A DNA stretch of 40,526 bases from Chryseobacterium gleum (GTDB lineage: Bacteria > Bacteroidota > Bacteroidia > NS11-12g > UBA955), in NCBI GenBank assembly GCA_945870885.1, contig CAMBTR010000003.1, positions 1 to 40,526 of the forward strand, in the 5' to 3' direction. How positions within the stretch are numbered: position 1 is the first letter of the stretch; every line of letters starts with the position of its first letter. Shown here in pieces: positions 36,725-40,526 of this stretch. The notes beneath the pieces were generated by a model. That model worked only from the letters and a program-made list of their open reading frames with translations, did no database searches and was not told the origin of the DNA. The translations under genes were made by a program, and so were the position numbers.

Positions 36725-37498
36725 ATGACATGGATTGAGAATTTGATTCTCAGTGTGGTTGAGGGCCTCACCGAGTTTTTGCCTGTGAGCAGTACGGGTC
36801 ATTTAATGATCACCAGAGAACTCCTGGGCATGTCGCCCAGCGAACACGAAACCTACCTCATTGCCATTCAATTTGGCGCCATAGCCAGCGTACTTACTTT
36901 ATATTGGAAACGTTTCTTTTCAAAGGACGCTCTATGGGTCTATCCGATTTTGATCATGGGCTTTATCCCAGCGGCAATTTTGGGATTTTTATTTGATGAC
37001 TTGTTAGAGATGATGTTAAAAGCGCCTTGGATTCCGGGGCTCACATTGGTAATCTTTGGTGTTGTATTGTTATATATCGAAAAGATTTTTCCGCCTGGAG
37101 ATAAAAAAATATCTGACCTAAAATTTGCTGATGCAATTAAAATTGGGTTATTCCAGTGTTTGGCCATGATTCCTGGTGTAAGTCGTTCCGCTGCCACCAT
37201 AGCCGGAGGCTTACAGGGCAAGTTGACCCGTGCGGAGGCAACTGAATTCTCATTTTTATTGGCACTTCCTACCTTAGCGGCAGCGGGCGGATACAAGTTA
37301 TTAAAGCATTGGGAAGAGTTACAGCAGGGCAGCGAATTGGTCGACATAGCCATCGGCAATGTGATTAGTTTTATAACGGCTTATTTTGCGATTAAGTATT
37401 TCATTGGATATATTCAGCGGAAGGGATTTGCATTTTTTGGCTATTACCGAATTGTTATCGGATGCTTATTCTTGGCGTATTGGTTATTTTTGAAATAG
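36725..37498 (+). CDS. uppP: Undecaprenyl-diphosphate phosphatase
   Basis: VEGLTEFLPVSSTGH, IQFGAI, PGVSRSAATI, EFSFLLALP and FGYYRI. Confidence 0.97.
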   Translation: MTWIENLILSVVEGLTEFLPVSSTGHLMITRELLGMSPSEHETYLIAIQFGAIASVLTLYWKRFFSKDALWVYPILIMGFIPAAILGFLFDDLLEMMLKAPWIPGLTLVIFGVVLLYIEKIFPPGDKKISDLKFADAIKIGLFQCLAMIPGVSRSAATIAGGLQGKLTRAEATEFSFLLALPTLAAAGGYKLLKHWEELQQGSELVDIAIGNVISFITAYFAIKYFIGYIQRKGFAFFGYYRIVIGCLFLAYWLFLK

Positions 37499-37607
37499 TG
37501 ATAGTAGGTTGAATCGATAAATGGTTTTGTCCCAGATTCAATTGCGATTGAAATATCTATAATAAATCTAACAAACTAAAATATTGAAAATGCCTATCCC
37601 CTTGAAA

Positions 37608-38282
37608 ATGCCCCGTCAATTATTGACGATTGCAATGGCTATAGGATTTCAGTTGATTGGCTTGCCCCGCGCAGCGGGGCAAGCCAATCAACTGAAGCTA
37701 TGTCGACTCAAATATAATGGCGGCGGGGATTGGTATAGTAGCAGAACAGCCTTGCCAAATTTGTCCCAATATGCAAATTCGCATATTGGGACAAATTTGG
37801 CGACCACCGAGGCGATAGCCGAGGTGGGGTCAACTGATATATACCGTTACCCTTTTTGCTTCCTTACCGGCCACGGAAACGTCGTTTTTTCAGACCAAGA
37901 AGCCAATAACCTAAGGGACTATCTCAAAGCCGGAGGATTCCTCCACATTTGCGACAATTACGGCATCGATCCGTTTATTCGCAGAGAAATGAAAAAGGTG
38001 TTCCCAGAACTCGCATTTCAGACAGTACCATTTAATCACCCCATTTATCATGGGCCCTACTCATTCAATAATGGCCTACCCAAAATACATCAACACGATG
38101 GAAAATCGCCAATAGGCTATGGCTTGTTCTGGGAAGGCCGACTCATATGTTTTTACGATTATGAATGCGACCTCGGCAATGGATGGGAAGATCCTGAGGT
38201 ATACAAAGACCCAATAGAAATCCGAGAAAAAGCGCTAAAAATGGGTTGCAATCTGATTTACCAAACTTTTATCGCTCAATAA
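37608..38282 (+). CDS. DUF4159 domain-containing protein (start uncertain: 37584, 37590 or 37608)
   Basis: LKYNGGGDWY, FLTGHGNV, GGFLHICDNYG, GLPKIH.HDG and DLGNGWED. Confidence 0.85.
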   Translation: MPRQLLTIAMAIGFQLIGLPRAAGQANQLKLCRLKYNGGGDWYSSRTALPNLSQYANSHIGTNLATTEAIAEVGSTDIYRYPFCFLTGHGNVVFSDQEANNLRDYLKAGGFLHICDNYGIDPFIRREMKKVFPELAFQTVPFNHPIYHGPYSFNNGLPKIHQHDGKSPIGYGLFWEGRLICFYDYECDLGNGWEDPEVYKDPIEIREKALKMGCNLIYQTFIAQ

Positions 38283-38314
38283 GTCATACTCCGAATCTAC
38301 ACGAATTATACCGC

Positions 38315-38343
38315 AAAAAAGGCAATTTTAGGACCTAAAATTG
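38315..38343 (-). terminator. Possible terminator between the convergent DUF4159 and porP-like genes
   Basis: caattttagg-a-cctaaaattg (38323-38343) with an A6 tract at 38315-38320; the stem is AT-rich. Confidence 0.4.
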
Positions 38344-38437
38344 GCGCAGAATTTAGAAGTTCCATTTGGGCCGCGAGGAATTCATCTTTAAAAAGCACGA
38401 ATCCGGCCAATCCGTTACGGAAAATAGCAACTTTAAA

Positions 38438-39805
38438 TTACTTCACCTCACGGATCCATACTTGTGGAACCGCAGATTCATAATAGAAAATCCCTTTATT
38501 CGCGTCTTTCTCCGAAGGAAAATCCTTCAAGAAAACATAATAACTCTTGTTGCTTGGGTCGTAGATTTTATAAGCAAAAACCCCTTTCTTGTAAAGATCC
38601 TTGATTTGCTTATTCGCCTTTGCCTCAAGACTATGTAAGCCGGCAACCAAATAGAATCCAGGTGATGGTTTCACTTTCTCAATTGGAGGTAATTTGATAC
38701 CTGAGGTATCCTTACCAGCTCCAAACGCTATCAAATCTTCCAAACTCGTAACCGTTACTTCCTTTTTATACGATGAACTATTCACATTAGCACCGCCTTC
38801 TGACTCACCATTCCCATTTTCACCAGAGCTGTTCAAATTTGCATCTCCTTCACCCTCTCCATCACCGCCATTGGAGCTATTTAAATCAGATCCATTTCTA
38901 GATCCGCCGCCCAATGCCGAAAACCCAATGTATGTGTGAAATTCATGTGAATTACCCAAAGCAATTCGTTGTGCACCTGTAGGCGTGTTATACGAGTACG
39001 ACACTTTAATGTCCGGCTGTGGTGAGAATCCAATATTACCACCAATCTGACCAATATCATTTCCGCCAATACCCATCCAGAATTTATCTTGGTAGTTAAA
39101 CGATGCATTATACTGGACCCTGTAATAATCAAAATTATAAGCCGATACATAAACCGATGGTTTCAACAAAATGTCATTCCCCAAATCAATATTGTATCCA
39201 AACAACAAACTCGCCTGCGATTGCATTTGATAAGATGCGGTGTAGTTATAATAGATATAGTCAAAACGAGGCTTACTCAATCGAGAAATCGCAAGCCCAC
39301 CAAACCACTTTTCTCCATTAATAAGAGCAGAAGCTCTCAAATCAGCACGAGTCACTGGGGGAGTTAACATCAACGATTTGATAATTGGGTCGTTGCCGCT
39401 AATGTAAACAGCCTTCGACATATCAAAGTTCTGCGACAATACGCCCACGCTCATTCCCAAATTCAAATTGGTAGTACTAGCCAAAGGCATGGAATATGCA
39501 TAGGTAGCATACGCATTGTGCATTTCTGAGAAGCCCACCCTTTCACGCATATAATACAAACCATACCCTGTATTCTTTGCAGGTACCGGCATCGCGATAT
39601 TCAACACCGTTGTTTGGGGACTACCCGGAACTGCAGAGAACATTTTATTGTACAACAAAGTAACATGTCCTTGTTCATGCGTATTCATGGCAGCAGGATT
39701 AATCATAGAATAATCCATGTAATACTGATCCAATTTCGCTCCCATTTGAGCGCTAACACTTCCAATGCACAAAGCAATGGCAGAAATGATGCTAATTTTT
39801 TTCAT
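38438..39805 (-). CDS. PorP/SprF family T9SS membrane protein with C-terminal SPOR-like domain
   Basis: QYY...INPA, PGSPQT, YAY, LKPS, YSY...SHE barrel motifs, then a G/S/N/E linker and GFYLVAG...YYVFL..F.SEKDA...VWI. Confidence 0.85.
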   Translation of the reverse strand: MKKISIISAIALCIGSVSAQMGAKLDQYYMDYSMINPAAMNTHEQGHVTLLYNKMFSAVPGSPQTTVLNIAMPVPAKNTGYGLYYMRERVGFSEMHNAYATYAYSMPLASTTNLNLGMSVGVLSQNFDMSKAVYISGNDPIIKSLMLTPPVTRADLRASALINGEKWFGGLAISRLSKPRFDYIYYNYTASYQMQSQASLLFGYNIDLGNDILLKPSVYVSAYNFDYYRVQYNASFNYQDKFWMGIGGNDIGQIGGNIGFSPQPDIKVSYSYNTPTGAQRIALGNSHEFHTYIGFSALGGGSRNGSDLNSSNGGDGEGEGDANLNSSGENGNGESEGGANVNSSSYKKEVTVTSLEDLIAFGAGKDTSGIKLPPIEKVKPSPGFYLVAGLHSLEAKANKQIKDLYKKGVFAYKIYDPSNKSYYVFLKDFPSEKDANKGIFYYESAVPQVWIREVK

Positions 39806-39810
39806 CTGAA

Positions 39811-40526
39811 TTAACGAATTACTTGGATATAACCTCTAAACTCTTCGCCGTTAAAGCGATTTTTCATATAGTAAAAATAAATACCGGGCGTTAGATCTGT
39901 TCCGGAATTATCAACCGCCTTCCAATCATTTAAATAATTGCCGGTATAATAAACCAATTTGCCTTGTCGGTCACTGATGCGTATGTCGAACAAATATAAA
40001 TCCGCTAACTCACTCAAATCCCAAAAATCATTCTGCAAATCACCATTTGGAGTAATCAAATTCGGAATTCTAACCAACGGAGGATCAACCACCGTAACGA
40101 GAACAGAGTCATTGTCATCACAGCCGTTTGAGTCAGTGCCAGAAACATAATAGGTGCGCGTAGTTAACGGACGGGCAATAACAGAATCACCATTACCCCT
40201 ATTCAAAGTAGAACTATCAGTCCACCAATAATTGGTTGCACCAACCGCATGTAAATTCGCCTTTTTACCTCTGTAAATAGTGGTGTCACGATAAACAATA
40301 ATATTCGCCATCGGGAAAGCTTTTACTTGGACTGAATCAACGGCAGTACATATCCCAGACGTCGCTGTTACTTTATACCAACCCTTGCCGTATAATTTCT
40401 GGGTACGATTTGTGTCCTTCGCCCCAACCCAACGAATCGTATCTCCCCCACTCGCTGTAATATCAATTGAGTCGCCCTTACACAACGGCATACTTCCAAT
40501 AAACGAGAAGGAAACAACTGGCTTTA
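39811..40526 (-). CDS. T9SS type-B cargo, C-terminal part (5' end probably beyond the window)
   Basis: P..TRTYYVSGTDSNGC repeat and CTD IPNLITPNGDLQND...PGIYFY...GYIQVIR; ends 5 nt before the porP/sprF-like gene. Confidence 0.88.
   Translation of the reverse strand, partial: KPVVSFSFIGSMPLCKGDSIDITASGGDTIRWVGAKDTNRTQKLYGKGWYKVTATSGICTAVDSVQVKAFPMANIIVYRDTTIYRGKKANLHAVGATNYWWTDSSTLNRGNGDSVIARPLTTRTYYVSGTDSNGCDDNDSVLVTVVDPPLVRIPNLITPNGDLQNDFWDLSELADLYLFDIRISDRQGKLVYYTGNYLNDWKAVDNSGTDLTPGIYFYYMKNRFNGEEFRGYIQVIR

Noticed and set aside
37499-37612. No truB after uppP, and an 11-bp repeat ttgaaaatgcc at 37584 and 37602
   Set aside because: No truB remnant is visible and gene order varies. The short repeat only makes the start codon ambiguous.

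Overview
This is a chromosomal segment of a Bacteroidota bacterium. The evidence is TAnnTTTG-type promoters, an atpD-atpC pair split from the other atp genes, a SusC/SusD pair, T9SS cargo proteins, PorP/SprF and fused SecDF. About 27 CDSs are mostly housekeeping or envelope genes: dprA, yidC, atpD/atpC, mlaD-like, amidase, lptD-like, peroxiredoxin, lysA, secDF, GT9, polX, purL, ftsX and uppP. I saw no rRNA, tRNA, CRISPR array, transposase, integrase or phage gene. Points worth a second look: (1) an ECF sigma plus lycopene-cyclase pair detached from any crt cluster, with a nested palindromic operator, a perfect DnaA box and paired IHF-like sites upstream; (2) a 1361-aa non-catalytic GEVED/PKD/CUB/Ig T9SS protein between the amidase and mlaD genes; (3) a compact SusCD locus with no CAZyme or regulator, preceded by a GldK/J-like FGE-fold protein; (4) a PolX with a degenerate polymerase site but intact PHP domain; (5) a PorP/SprF-SPOR fusion; (6) a strong local C>>G skew tract that appears to change within purL. 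All product calls come from motif recognition by eye, not database searches. No clearly new system is demonstrated.
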